A stretch of DNA of 64,000 nucleotides from Octopus bimaculoides. Its lineage: Eukaryota. Position numbers and translations under genes: made by a program. Each line of letters opens with the position of its first letter. The first letter of the stretch is position 1. This document shows positions 25,703-37,969 of this stretch, piece after piece. A model generated the notes under the pieces. It was given only the letters and a program-made list of their open reading frames with translations. It did no database searches and had not been told where the DNA came from. The stretch lies in the NCBI RefSeq assembly GCF_001194135.2, contig NC_068982.1, positions 190,765,817 through 190,829,816 on the forward strand, read 5' to 3'.

Positions 25703-27518
25703 TATATACGTATTTATATGTATATGTGTATGTATATATGTGTATATACATATGCATGTATCTAGATATATGTGTGTATATAATGTGGAACAGTGGATCT
25801 CGAAGCTCACAAAGCTATTTATATTTGCATGCTGTTGTTTATAGCTTTATCATCCGTTTCAAAATCCAAGAATTATTTCACTTTCTTGCAAAAGTTTTCA
25901 AATCCTTATGACATCAGCTGTGTGTGTGCGTGATAGTACACTATTGGTATGTGCATGTATGTATGTATGTACGTACCAAATCCAATATAAACCATAGATC
26001 CAACCCAGGGTTGTTTCCAGGTGTGGCACAGGTGTAAAAGAAGAACACAAATGAGGTTTAAAATTTTCTACAGCTGTTTCTGTAGCTTTTTATTGATGCC
26101 TTCGTTATGTTATCGAAACAGCTGTTGTAAATTTTAAATCTCATTTGTGTTCTTTATATATANNNNNNNNNNNNNNNNNNNNNNNNNNNNNNNNNNNNNN
26201 NNNNNNNNNNNNNNNNNNNNNNNNNNNNNNNNNNNNNNNNNNNNNNNNNNNNNNNNNNNNNNNNNNNNNNNNNNNNNNNNNNNNNNNNNNNNNNNNNNNN
26301 NNNNNNNNNNNNNNNNNNNNNNNNNNNNNNNNNNNNNNNNNNNNNNNNNNNNNNNNNNNNNNNNNNNNNNNNNNNNNNNNNNNNNNNNNNNNNNNNNNNN
26401 NNNNNNNNNNNNNNNNNNNNNNNNNNNNNNNNNNNNNNNNNNNNNNNNNNNNNNNNNNNNNNNNNNNNNNNNNNNNNNNNNNNNNNNNNNNNNNNNNNNN
26501 NNNNNNNNNNNNNNNNNNNNNNNNNNNNNNNNNNNNNNNNNNNNNNNNNNNNNNNNNNNNNNNNNNNNNNNNNNNNNNNNNNNNNNNNNNNNNNNNNNNN
26601 NNNNNNNNNNNNNNNNNNNNNNNNNNNNNNNNNNNNNNNNNNNNNNNNNNNNNNNNNNNNNNNNNNNNNNNNNNNNNNNNNNNNNNNNNNNNNNNNNNNN
26701 NNNNNNNNNNNNNNNNNNNNNNNNNNNNNNNNNNNNNNNNNNNNNNNNNNNNNNNNNNNNNNNNNNNNNNNNNNNNNNNNNNNNNNNNNNNNNNNNNNNN
26801 NNNNNNNNNNNNNNNNNNNNNNNNNNNNNNNNNATATTACCTTCGTTTGATTTCTGTAGTAATCACCAGTGTATTTTTGGTGATTTAATAACAAGTTTTG
26901 ACTGTTATTTCAAGCAGGTAGACATACTTAGTATGTCATTTGATTAATTATATATATATATATTCATCCTTTTATCTTTTAATTAGGATGGAAGGGCAGG
27001 GCTACCACAATATGTGGGAGGGTTGTGAGAAAATATCCTTAAACCAAATCCCTGTCCCAAAGCATTATAACAGACTGGGCAGCAATTAAAGGCAGTCAAT
27101 TGCCCATGTGATGGTGTGTTGTGTGGATGTATTTGTTTGCAAAAAGTTCTGCAGAAATTTTGTTTCTTTTCCATGGCACCGCAGTACACTTTTGTAAAGT
27201 ATTGGTGTTACAAAAGGCATCCAGCTATAGAAATTTTGGTAACACATTGAAATTCTCCAATATCCAAAATTCCAGTTGTCCTTGAAACTATGGATTAATA
27301 TGATGCAATATATACAGAATTACCATGGATTGCAAGTCATTAGTCTCTCTCCCCAGATCTCAGAGGATGCTTCTCTGCCTTTGGTAGATAGTTAGTGGGT
27401 TGTCTTCAATCTGCCCCTCACAGCTCTTGATTCATTCTGTCTTAACTTCTTTGTTGATAATTATTTCTTTTTTTGTATTTTTCTTGCTTTGACTCTCAAA
27501 CAACAATCACAAGTACAA

Positions 27519-27722
27519 CCCTTTAGCATTCAGGAAAATAATGTTTATGTATTCACATCCTTTTTAATGCATTATTTTATAGCTTTGAGATTTTGATGAT
27601 GTCATTGTTTATTTTTAAAGTGACACTGTAGGGTAGGTGTGAGCAGTCAGATCTGATCAGTTTGAAAATAAAACAGGCAGAATATTTGGGCTGGATAAGG
27701 GGCCAGTTTAAATGCTAATGGG
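27519..27722. mobile_element. piggyBac-type MITE
   Basis: TIR ccctttagcatt / aatgctaatggg; TTAA on the right flank and ACAA on the left. Confidence 0.65.
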
Positions 27723-29237
27723 TTAAATGAATTTAAGGTCCTTACAAATGATGAGTTAATGTTTTGCAGAGCACTTGTGGCAATCTGAACAACTGAATCA
27801 TTCACTGTTTCATAGAAGCCACGAAGACATCAGCAGCTTCACTGAGTTTAAGATTTGCTGAAATTTAGGGTTTCTTCATTTCACCCTCCAGCTTTTTTTC
27901 GTTTTTTTCTTTTTATGAAGAGCATATTGAAGCTATCTTGTTTGTTCTCACCAATGAATAAAATCCATCTTCCAAACTAGCATAAATAACATCAGGATAG
28001 CTGACAATATTTAGAATATCCGAAGGAAGGCAGAGTGCCAGCAGAATTGTTACCCTCAATGGAAAAATTGCTTGGCAGCATTTCTTCCAACTTTATCTCA
28101 TGAATTCAAATGCCACTGGAATTGACTTTGCCTTTTTGTCCTTTAGGGATCAATAAAAGTAAGTACCAGTTGAACACTGGGATCAATATAACCAACTTAT
28201 CCCCACCCACCCCTGAAATTACTGGCCTTGTGCCAAAATTTGAAACCAATATTTAGATCTGAAGACTTTCCAGATGTTGGAAATATGGAAACCTTTCGTA
28301 GAATTTCAACTTTTGTAATGCTTTATCATCCTCAAACAACATCCTTACTTTGCGGGTGTTCCAGGATTGTTCTACAATTATCAAATGCTACATCTGGATG
28401 AGTCTGTGTAGACTGTTGCATCATTTGATCTCTCTGTCTTTTTAATTCTGATTCTTCATCACTTTTCCATAATGACCATTCTTTCTTCATTTTTGTGAGA
28501 TTTGGATGACACGTCTATAAATCTGAAGTTGCAGTAATTCCATCCTTGATTAACATTCAGTCCCAGTCCAAGTCCTATTACAATGTTCCACTCTCATCAG
28601 TTCCTACCTTAAACTCCTTTTCCACTTCTATAGTCACATCCTCCTCAAACACTCCATTTTCACAAAATCCCCCGCATGCATCACCTCCAGACTCATCTGT
28701 TTCCCACTTAAGTGACTTCTCTCTGCACCAGCAGCTCCCAACCAGGCTCTTTGTGACCCTTACAGGTCCATATAACATTTTCTTGTTAAATACACCAAAT
28801 ATTTGAACAGTTTTCTTAATGCAATTCCAAATGATATTTAATTTTAAAAACATGAAAGGATTTTTTAAATCATGGAACGGTTATGAGGGTCCACCTGAGT
28901 AAAACAGGAATCATAAGGGGTCCATAGAGAAGAAAAAGGGTTGAGAATCCCTTCTCTCTACCATGACTGAGGTTGCAGCTCTTTAGCTTCCATCCGTGTG
29001 GCTTTAGGCATGCATGAAAAGGTAGCTTAGGCAGTACCACCATCTCTTCAGAATATTCCCATAAAAACTGCTGAGGTGAACTCAAGAGTCTGTACTCATT
29101 TGTTCATGAATAATGTTGTTAACATTGCTAATTAAATGGTTTCATGGCTGCATGTTGTCAAGTTTGTTTTTAGATCACTTGAATCTTCCTCAGAACCACT
29201 TGTATCAAGAAAGGTCTCTATTGTTCTAATATCTTCA

Positions 29238-29457
29238 CCTTTTAGCATTTAAACCAGCCATAGCAGGTTCAAATAGTCTCCATGTCATATGTTCAAACCA
29301 GCCAGATTCAGCTTCTCACACCAACCATACAACACCATTCACAAAATAAACGATTGCATCATAGAAATCTTGAAGCTACAAGACAATGCATAATTAATTC
29401 AAACCAATTTGAATAAATAAGCATTATGTTTGACACAGGAATCTGAATGCTAATCAC
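29238..29457. mobile_element. piggyBac-type MITE related to 27519..27722
   Basis: ccttttagcatt left end, gaatgctaatcac|ttaa right end; internal similarity to the 27519 copy in reverse orientation. Confidence 0.55.
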
Positions 29458-29984
29458 TTAACTTCTTTCTTTCTTTCTTTCTTTTTTCTTTTCGGTAATC
29501 CTCTCCATCTTGTTTATGTATTTATCAAACCTGTTCAGGGCACACCTTCATATACATAATGATTCTTCATATTTTTGTATTTCCTTGTATTTAGCATCAA
29601 TTACCTTCCATTCCTCATCCTTGTCCAGCAATGAGTAAAACTCCACGTTTCCTGACTCACCTCCTTTCCAATGATACACATAATCTCAACTGACACAAAC
29701 AGGATCTTTATCCTCCACTTCTCATAATCCTATTCAGCCAGTTTCTCTACTTCCCTTTTGGCTGTGTCATCATCATTTCTTCCTCTTTCCCATTCTTCAC
29801 ACCCATTCATTTCATATTCCACCATATTATTTCTGCCTGCTTTCTCAGTCTTATCTTTTAAATGAGCAACATTATCTTCTTTATTATCACCACCATCTCC
29901 CGATCCAGGAGTTCCTCCATACTCAGCTTATTAAAAAACAGTTGTGTATGTGTATATATGTGGATATGTATGTATATATATATG

Positions 29985-30194
29985 TGGCCGTTTTCGTGCG
30001 GGTGACACGTAAAAGCACCCACTACACTCTCTGAGTGGTTGGCGTTAGGAAGGGCATCCAGCTGTAGAAACTCTGCCAAATTAGATTGGAGCCTGGTGTA
30101 GCCATCCGGTTGCACCAGTCCTCAGTCAAATTGTCCAACCCATGCTAGCATGGAAAACGGACGTTAAACGATGATGATGATGATGATGATGATA
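29985..30194 (+). mobile_element. Retroposon family E with (GAT)n tail
   Basis: gtggttggcgttaggaagggcatccagctgtagaaac...catgctagcatggaaaacggacgttaaac(gat)n; also at 31190, 33614 and 25370. Confidence 0.8.
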
Positions 30195-30282
30195 TATATC
30201 ATGAAGAAGAATGAAGAATTATGCCTCTTCAAAATTTGTTTATTACAATTTTATTGTTCTATATTTAAGAGATGAGGACCTA

Positions 30283-30660
30283 TGTACATTATTTACACTA
30301 TTTACATTTAATGGATATTTGTCCTTATCATGTTTGTTGTTAACACAACGTTTCGGCTGATATACCCTCCAGCCTTCATCAGGTGTCTTGGGGATATTTC
30401 GAACCAGGGTTCTCATTCCTAAGGTATTTTTTGATGTTATTATTCAGGTCACTGCCTGGAATCGAACTCGGAATCTTGGGGTTAGTAGCCCACGCTCTTA
30501 ACTACTATGCCATATGCCTGCGGGCATATGGCATAGTAGTTCGAAATTTCCCCAAGACACCTCAAGATGGCTGGAGAGTATATCAGCCAAAACGTTCTGT
30601 TAACAACAAACAAGATGAGGACAAATATCTGTCAAATGTGAACAATATAAATAATGTACA
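30283..30660. mobile_element. Fold-back tRNA-head/hammerhead SINE-like element (family F)
   Basis: Arms 30283..30404 and 30539..30660 are inverted; central palindrome 30501..30540; minus-strand tRNA head with A box TGGCATAGTAGTT and B box GAGTTCGATTCC. Confidence 0.85.
30342..30387 (-). ncRNA. Minimal hammerhead ribozyme, intact core
   Basis: GACAC-CUGAUGA-A-GGCUG(GAGGGUAUAU)CAGCC-GAA-ACGU-U-GUGUU: 5-bp stem I including one G-U, 5-bp stem II, palindromic ACGU stem III; predicted cut between 30347 and 30346. Confidence 0.85.
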
Positions 30661-31189
30661 GTTTTATTCTCATTATGTTCCAATTTAACACATGTTTCTA
30701 CTGGACAGGTGTTCTAATATCCTTTCATGTAGCATTCATGTACATGTAGCTGATTCGGTTGTAGTGCATATGCATGTAAGGTAGACATTCCTATGCAGCT
30801 TTGTTGAAGGGTTTACCCACGTGAGTGGGTGAATGATTCTGCATGTTCCCTATCATTCGATGTGGTTGGCCAGATCTGGATTATATCAGAGTACCAATAA
30901 GGTACCTGTCCAGATTCCAAATACCTATTCCTTTACATTTTATATACATATCATCTTCATCGTCATCATCATTTAACGTCCGGTCTCCATGCTGGCATGG
31001 ATTAGGATGAATTGACATGAAGGTGACTAGCATGGATATGTGTGTGTGTGTGTGTGTGTGTGTGTATACAAATATATAACCACACGCACATACATACATG
31101 CACATACACGCACATACATACACGCACATACATACATGTGCATTTACATTTGTGTATTCATATGTATATACCTATAGAAATATGTTTTG

Positions 31190-31448
31190 ACTGGCTCCTG
31201 TGCCGGTGGCACGTAAAAGCACCATCCAAACGTGGCCGATGCCAGCCCCCTCTGGCCCCTGTGCCGGTAGTATGTAAAAAGCACCCATTACACTCTTAGA
31301 GTGGTTGGCGTTAGGAAGGGCATCCAGCTGTAGAAACGCTGCCATATCAGATTGGGGCCTGGTGCAGCCTCCTGGCTTCACAAACCCCCAGTCGAACTGT
31401 CCAACCCATGCCAGCATGGAAAATGGACGTTAAATGATGATGATGATG
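31190..31448 (+). mobile_element. Retroposon family E with (GAT)n tail
   Basis: Same body and 3' end as 29985..30194. Confidence 0.8.
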
Positions 31449-31734
31449 TGTGTGTGGTTGTTTACATACATGCACATACACATGCACTCAGTTTTCAAAA
31501 GTATATACAACAGCCTCAAAATCCCATTTTATCTGTCCGGACATTACTCATTAGTTGCATGCTCAAACGGGTTAAATCATTAAAACCTGTACAAGTTTAC
31601 TAAATACTAGATTAAGTATTTAAATGCCTCAATTGACATTATTTTTTGTTTCCAGAAATAATTTTTTCAAAAATGATGCTGTCTATTTACTATTAAGATG
31701 TCTCTGTATATATATATATATATATGTGTGTATA

Positions 31735-31768
<34 letters not shown>

Positions 31769-32030
31769 CACATGCACACATGCATGTGTGTGTGTGCACA
31801 TCATATTGTTCTTGATTGTTTTAGCTTCCTCTTTTCCATGCCTGTCTGAGGCAGATTTTTTGTGGCCAGATGTCTTCCTTGTCACCAACCTTCACACATT
31901 TCAAAGCTTGGTAATAATTGCCAGTGGCCTCACTTGTTTTTGTGGAATATTGGAAATGAATGCCTCTGCTTGTATGACAGGGACACTTGTTTAGAGCTAT
32001 GAACACAAGGACACAAACACACACACACTT

Positions 32031-32061
<31 letters not shown>

Positions 32062-32086
32062 TATATCTATATATATATATACATGA

Positions 32087-32185
32087 TAGGCTTCTTTCAG
32101 TTTCTATCTTCCAAATCTACTCAAAGCTTTGGTTAGCCAAGGACTTAGTACAGGGCACTTTCCCAAGGTGCCATACTGTGGAACT
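32087..32185 (-). mobile_element. SINE family C, 5' half, decayed
   Basis: ggcttctttcagtttc...cccaaggtgccatactgtggaactgaacc. Confidence 0.65.
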
Positions 32186-32710
32186 GAACCTCATTCTTGT
32201 GCCTGTGTATATAACACACACAGATATAAGTGTGATTATATATATATATGTATTTTTATATATAGTGCTATACAAATTACACAACATTTACTTAGCATTT
32301 GGAATTCCATGTTTAGCCTTGTATATCAAAAGAGAAAAGTGTGAAGAGAACTTGTGTCCAAGTTTCCTTTCAGTTGTCTCCGTGGTTGGAAGGTAAGATC
32401 ACAAAATAGATACTGAAAGAGAGAAATGAACCACACAAGAGAATTGGTTTATAAACTGTTTATGTCATCTGACATCTTTCAGTGATGGTAATGAGTGAAT
32501 CATATAATCTGTGTGAGGTACATTTTCTCAGTCTTCATCCAAAATTCGTACCCCATTGCATAAGTCAGCCATTTTACTGACTGAGACATGTATAAGGTGA
32601 TGTAAATATATAATCTATGAACTAACTGTCCAGTTTTCGTACATACATACCTGTCATTTTATTTAAAAAATCGAAAATTAACCTTCTTCCCAACTCTTTA
32701 TAAAAAGGTG

Positions 32711-33190
32711 TACTGATGGAATATCCCAGTGAAGACCTGAATAAAATGTAAGCACAACAGACCTGATATAGTGATTTGGGATGGAGAAGAGAAACTGAGC
32801 ACAGTTGTGGAAATTAGCTGCCCAGCGGATGTTAACATAAAGCTGAAGATCAATGAAAAAGAGAACGCCTATGCTGAACTATTGAGAAATCTGCAGTTAC
32901 TCTATCCAGATTACAAGTTCAGGTTTCTACCTGTAATTATTTGGGCATTGGGATATGCAACACACTACCTAAATTCCAATCTTGAGAAATTAGGTTTCTC
33001 AAAACCAGAAAGGAGATTGCTGATTCGAAGACTACAGATCCAATCCACCACTGGAACTGTAAAAATCTGTAAAAGTTTCCAGAAGTTTATCATTTAAATA
33101 TATATGAACATGTCTAGATATGCAACTATATGCATGAGAATGCATACATACATGCATGCATACATACATCATGCATACATACATACATGC
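32711..33190 (+). mobile_element. 3' fragment of a non-LTR retrotransposon with a restriction-like endonuclease (R4/Dong/NeSL-type), pseudogenised
   Basis: Y*WNIPVKT*IKCKHNRPDIVIWD..VVEISCPAD...EK..AY..L...PVIIWALG: a PD-(D/E)xK-type RLE signature with two in-frame stops; followed by a (CATA/CATG)n tail. Confidence 0.85.
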
Positions 33191-33613
33191 ATGCATGCAT
33201 ACATAGTTTATAAAATGCTGAAAACAGCTATGGTATTTTATGCTTTATAATACTTAAACAGATTTCAGCAAATTGCTGCACAGTTCCACAATCGCTTGTT
33301 CAAACATTATGTAATCTTGATGATGCACTTATTCGATGTTTAGCAAAAAGTGCCCTATGTGTTTCCTATATTTTATCATTACTAGCATATGGCTTATATT
33401 CCATACACTGGCCAATCCTGCTTGATATCAGTTTGATGCCCTGCATCATACTGTACAGGATATGGTAGTGGAGTGTGGCACCTTCTACTGAGCCTGATCT
33501 TTGGTTGTCTGGTGCACTTCATAGCGCATATATATCATAACATGCCTTTCAAAGCTCCCAAATATTATTGGTTTCTTTTTGTAGATTTATATCTGCGTAA
33601 ATGTGCAAACGTA

Positions 33614-33810
33614 ATCATCATCATCATCATCATCATCATCCCTCTATGTCCCCTGCTGGCGTGGGTTGGATGGGTTGACAGCAGGTGGTAAGGAGCTACT
33701 CCACGTTCCAGAGTGTCTGCTTCGGCATGGATTCTACTGCTGGATGCCCTTCCTGATGCCAACCACGTTACAAAGTGGACTGGGTGCTTTTTACATGGCA
33801 CCAGTACTGA
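33614..33810 (-). mobile_element. Retroposon family E
   Basis: (CAT)n then ...ggcgtgggttggatgggttgac...ctggatgcccttcctgatgccaacc. Confidence 0.7.
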
Positions 33811-34075
33811 CAGGGGCACCAATTACTTTGCAAGCCTCATATATAATTGTAGAAATGTATGTATTTATGCATTATTGTAATGGCTGGTAGAGGGGGTGGC
33901 TCTGTCTCATCACCGTTGCCATTTAGTTCTGAGTTCGTCTTCATCTCTTTCGTGTTTAGTTCATCAAAAATATTATTTTAGGGTCCAACTAGTGTATTAT
34001 ATACGCGTGTTTTTCTTAATGTGTGTGTGTGTGTAAGCATAAGATGTTGTACACAAAGACGACATGTATGTGTAC

Positions 34076-34106
<31 letters not shown>

Positions 34107-34635
34107 CACACACACACACACACAGAGAAAATTGCGCAGGAGGACAAAGATGGGAAAAATCACACATAAGTCGGGACATCCTTCGTCAGTTATCTTCTAA
34201 AACTCATTACAATTTTGCGATATATATATATATATNNNNNNNNNNNNNNNNNNNNNNNNNNNNNNNNNNNNNNNNNNNNNNNNNNNNNNNNNNNNNNNNN
34301 NNNNNNNNNNNNNNNNNNNNNNNNNNNNNNNNNNNNNNNNNNNNNNNNNNNNNNNNNNNNNNNNNNNNNNNNNNNNNNNNNNNNNNNNNNNNNNNNNNNN
34401 NNNNNNNNNNNNNNNNNNNNNNNNNNNNNNNNNNTATATATATATATATATATATATATAAAAGTAAATGAGTATATGCATATATACGTACAGGTATGTG
34501 CATACCGACATCCACCTGTATGTATAGGTGCATATCTGGGTACAGGACATTGCACACAAACGTAGACGAGAACACACGAGCCACATAGAGAACATTCTAC
34601 TTCTTCAGCTACCCACGTTTTAACACCGGCGTTTC

Positions 34636-34674
<39 letters not shown>

Positions 34675-35365
34675 TCGCTTGGGTATCTATCTATCTATCT
34701 GTCTGTCTGTCTGTCTTTTAATACACACACACACACACATCCGTATGTTCATTTATAATTAGACGCTCTGTTCAGATGTACATCACCGGCAGTGGCTCCA
34801 TTCTACATGCAGGGTAATTAAATAGTACGTATGCACATACGCATACGTACGCTCACATGCACGTGCATGTACACGTGCATACAACACACACACACACACA
34901 TAATTGGCAGAAGTTACAGAGTGACTCAAGGACCGAGAGTCTCGTGCGTTGGCTCTTTGGTAAGTGCCAACGTACATAACTCTCAGCCCTGGAGTCACTC
35001 TCTAACTTCTGCCAATTATTATTATAATAGTAAATAATGTGTGTGTGTGTGTGTCTGTAAGCGTGTATGTACCTATAAATGATGTATAATTTCGGTGCGA
35101 ATGCTTGTTTTTTTCTTTTATACATCGCCGTTTTTACAATCCTGTAAATAAGAATAAGCTTAAAGCTTATGGCGTTCACCATGCAATGACCGAGGAAAAT
35201 AGTCTAATAAAGGGGCATAGAAGCCCTCGACAGAAAAAGAAGGCTTTTCTATCCGCGTGGGAGTCGAACCCACATCCATTTGTTAAAGCGACGAAGTGTG
35301 TTACCTATATAATTTATAATATATACTCATGCTTTGACTTCTGTTTTACCTGTTTGCATCACCAG

Positions 35366-35407
<42 letters not shown>

Positions 35408-36039
35408 CATACATACATGCATACATACATACGTGTGTGTGTGTGTGTGAGATACTCTTTATAAATAGCTTTATATTTGCCTCCTCCAGTTGTGAGTAGC
35501 GCTGACTGAAGGCTGTGCAAATGAATTCTTTGCTGGAGTCTGTCTGACTGTCTGTCTTTTTCACCCTCCCCTCCCCCCTCTCTCTTTCTCTCACGCAAAC
35601 AAACCTTAAGATGTTTTCTGTTGATACACCTTCACTTTGATGATGTTTCTACGCACATTACGACTAGTCTATGTACACACACATACACATATACGCACAC
35701 TTGTATTCTCATATATATATATATACTATTGGCTGGTTTTTTGTTATTATTTTTGTTTGTTTGTTGTATAAAAAGAAGCAATTTCTCAAAATCGAAACTA
35801 GATCTCGCCTCTTTTTGACGCTCCTCATTCACAATGTATGAATGGGTATGTGTGTATGTGGGAGAGAAGGAGTGAGTGGTATACGCGGAAATTTCTGTCT
35901 GAGCTTGCATATATATATATATAATAATAATAATAATAATATTAGGGACAAAATCCAAAATTACAGGTAAAAACTCAATTAAAATCAATTTATAAAAAAT
36001 TAAAATTAAATTGAGCTTTATAGATAAAATATATATAAA

Positions 36040-36562
36040 ATATATAGTTTTAGGGAAAATAACCAAGTTTCAAGAACTCATCGATGAAAATCCACTATCA
36101 CATATAGAAAAATTAATAATTAAAAGCACAATAAATGAGTATAATATAAAGTAAAGTAAATATCATAAGATAAATATAATATAATATAAATATAATATAT
36201 ATTATATTTATATTTCGGAGATGCACTTGCATAGCAAGTGACCTGATCTGAGATCGTGTGCTGGAACGAAAACAATTGCAGCGTGGAAGGTGTTTATAAG
36301 CCATTTAAAATAACACACAAAAACCGTTAGATTCACTTCAACATTTAAATTTAATTTGTCAAAATATTTCCGTCGCTTTGAGACCGCGACCTGTTCACTC
36401 ACAAAATTCTGTGCATATTATATTATATTTATCTTATGATATTTACTTTACTTTATATTATACTCATTTATTGTGCTTTTAATTATTAATTTTTCTATAT
36501 GTGATAGTGGATTTTCATCGATGAGTTCTTGAAACTTGGTTATTTTCCCTAAAACTATATAT
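36040..36562. repeat. 148-bp inverted repeat (36040..36187 / 36415..36562) around a 227-bp spacer
   Basis: Right arm is the reverse complement of the left with constant register (coordinate sum 72602); no mismatch seen by eye. Confidence 0.92.
36355..36405 (-). ncRNA. Hammerhead-like motif with G3:C8 swapped core
   Basis: UUUGUGA-GUGAACA-G-GUCGC(GGUCUCAAA)GCGAC-GGA-AAUAUU-U-UGACAAA: stem I 6/7 pairs, 5-bp stem II, palindromic stem III; A13 reads G in this copy. Confidence 0.65.
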
Positions 36563-36718
36563 ATGCGTATACACGCGCGCGCGCATATGGATGCATGGAT
36601 GCGTGTATTATTCCGTATGTCTGCAGATGTGTGTGCATGCTTGAGACTTGTTTGAACTCTAAACAAAGCCGTTCACCGCATTTTGCCATGGAGAACATTC
36701 TCAGACAAATAGGTCTAT

Positions 36719-37045
36719 ATCCGAGGGTGAGTCAGAAAGTAATGCCATTTTGTTTGGGACAGGTTTAATTACCAACACAGGAACATGTATCATACATCAA
36801 AATGAAGCTGGTCCTCTGTGGATCACATCCCTACTTCTCAACATAGTCACCGTTCCTCTCAATAGCAATGTTCCACCTTCGAATGAGAGCATGTATCCCT
36901 GCCCCGTAAAATTCTGTTGACTGTTCTTTGAGTCACTTCTTCACTACAGTTTTCACTTCCTCGTCACTGGAATAATATTTGCCTCTCAGACCCTCTTTCG
37001 TGGGGCCGAAGAGATGATAGTCTGAAGGCGCTAAATCTGGTGAGT
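36719..37045 (-). mobile_element. mariner transposon 3' end with TIR
   Basis: Minus strand PPHSPDLAPSDYHLFGPTKEGLRGKYYSSDEEVKTVVKK*LKEQ...RWNIAIERNGDYVEK*; terminus cgagggtgagtcagaaag at ~36722. Confidence 0.88.
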
Positions 37046-37236
37046 GTGGAGGTAGTGAAGCAGTGACTCAAAGAACCTGTTTACGTTTGTCACACACTGT
37101 CACACCTATCTGTCTGTCTGCCTGTCTATATACATGCGTGCATGGCTTGGATAAAATAATCAAAACACACGATTTAAAAAGGAGTTGGTCCTCTTTGACA
37201 TCAATCACAGTTTTCATATGTCAAGAATTTGGTTCG

Positions 37237-37640
37237 TTACTGGTTCTGAATAGTCGTTAGAAGAAAATTGAGCCATTCTTCCAGAAAGACCTGCTTTATC
37301 TCTTTCGGCAACAGTGGCAGAGGGTAGCAGCTCCTCACTTGCTGCTCCAAAATGCACCATAAACGCTCGATTATATTGAGATCCAGTGATTGTGTGGGCC
37401 AATCCAAGCGGTCTACTTTACTTTCGCGCTCCTCCTTCCAATTTTGAACAACATTAGTCATGTGAATCAGTGTATTATCGTCCTGGACGATTGCGCTTCT
37501 ATCCGGGAAGAATGTTTGTACCATAGGACGAACAGGATCAGTCGAAATATTCAGATAATCCTTGGTATTAACTCTGCCCTGTAGAACAATTAAAGGACCA
37601 AGAGAATTCTATGATATGGCTATCCAAATCTGTATAGAAC
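37237..37640 (-). mobile_element. Decayed Tc1 (DDxE) transposase fragment
   Basis: QDDNTLIH...LDWPTQSLDLNIIERLWCILEQQVR...KEIKQVFLEEW, an eroded QDDNAP.H / WP.QSPDLN.IE.LW motif set. Confidence 0.85.
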
Positions 37641-37780
37641 CACTTCCATCTTTCGCAGTAAAGGTTGACGGCTTCTTTGGCTATCTCCAAACGTAAACTC
37701 GCCCCGAAATGAGAGAAAGGGTGAATGCTGACTGCTCAGAGAACATGACATTGTCCTATTGAGCTGTTGATAGTCTACAC

Positions 37781-37933
37781 CAGTGGTTCTCAACCGGCGT
37801 CCATATGACCCTTTCGGGTCCATATAAGAACTTGCTGTTTCTATTTATGTACAATAATTTGGTTATATTTCTGCAAGACAAAATATTTTGATTTTTTTTC
37901 AACAATTATACAGAAAGACTTTGTGTGCGTCTA

Positions 37934-37969
<36 letters not shown>

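Noticed and set aside
28259-28292. CTGAAGA followed by a TTTCCA/TGGAAA hairpin
   Set aside because: Spacing to GAAAC is wrong and there is no stem I or III.
33250-33310. Possible second GUGAACA-type hammerhead on minus strand
   Set aside because: Core reads UUGAACA, stems I and III cannot be formed; too decayed to support.
35240-35305. Possible tRNA gene on minus strand (T arm GTGGG-TTCGACT-CCCAC at 35257..35273, followed by TTTTT)
   Set aside because: No acceptor stem, D arm or anticodon stem could be drawn; at most a tRNA/SINE remnant.
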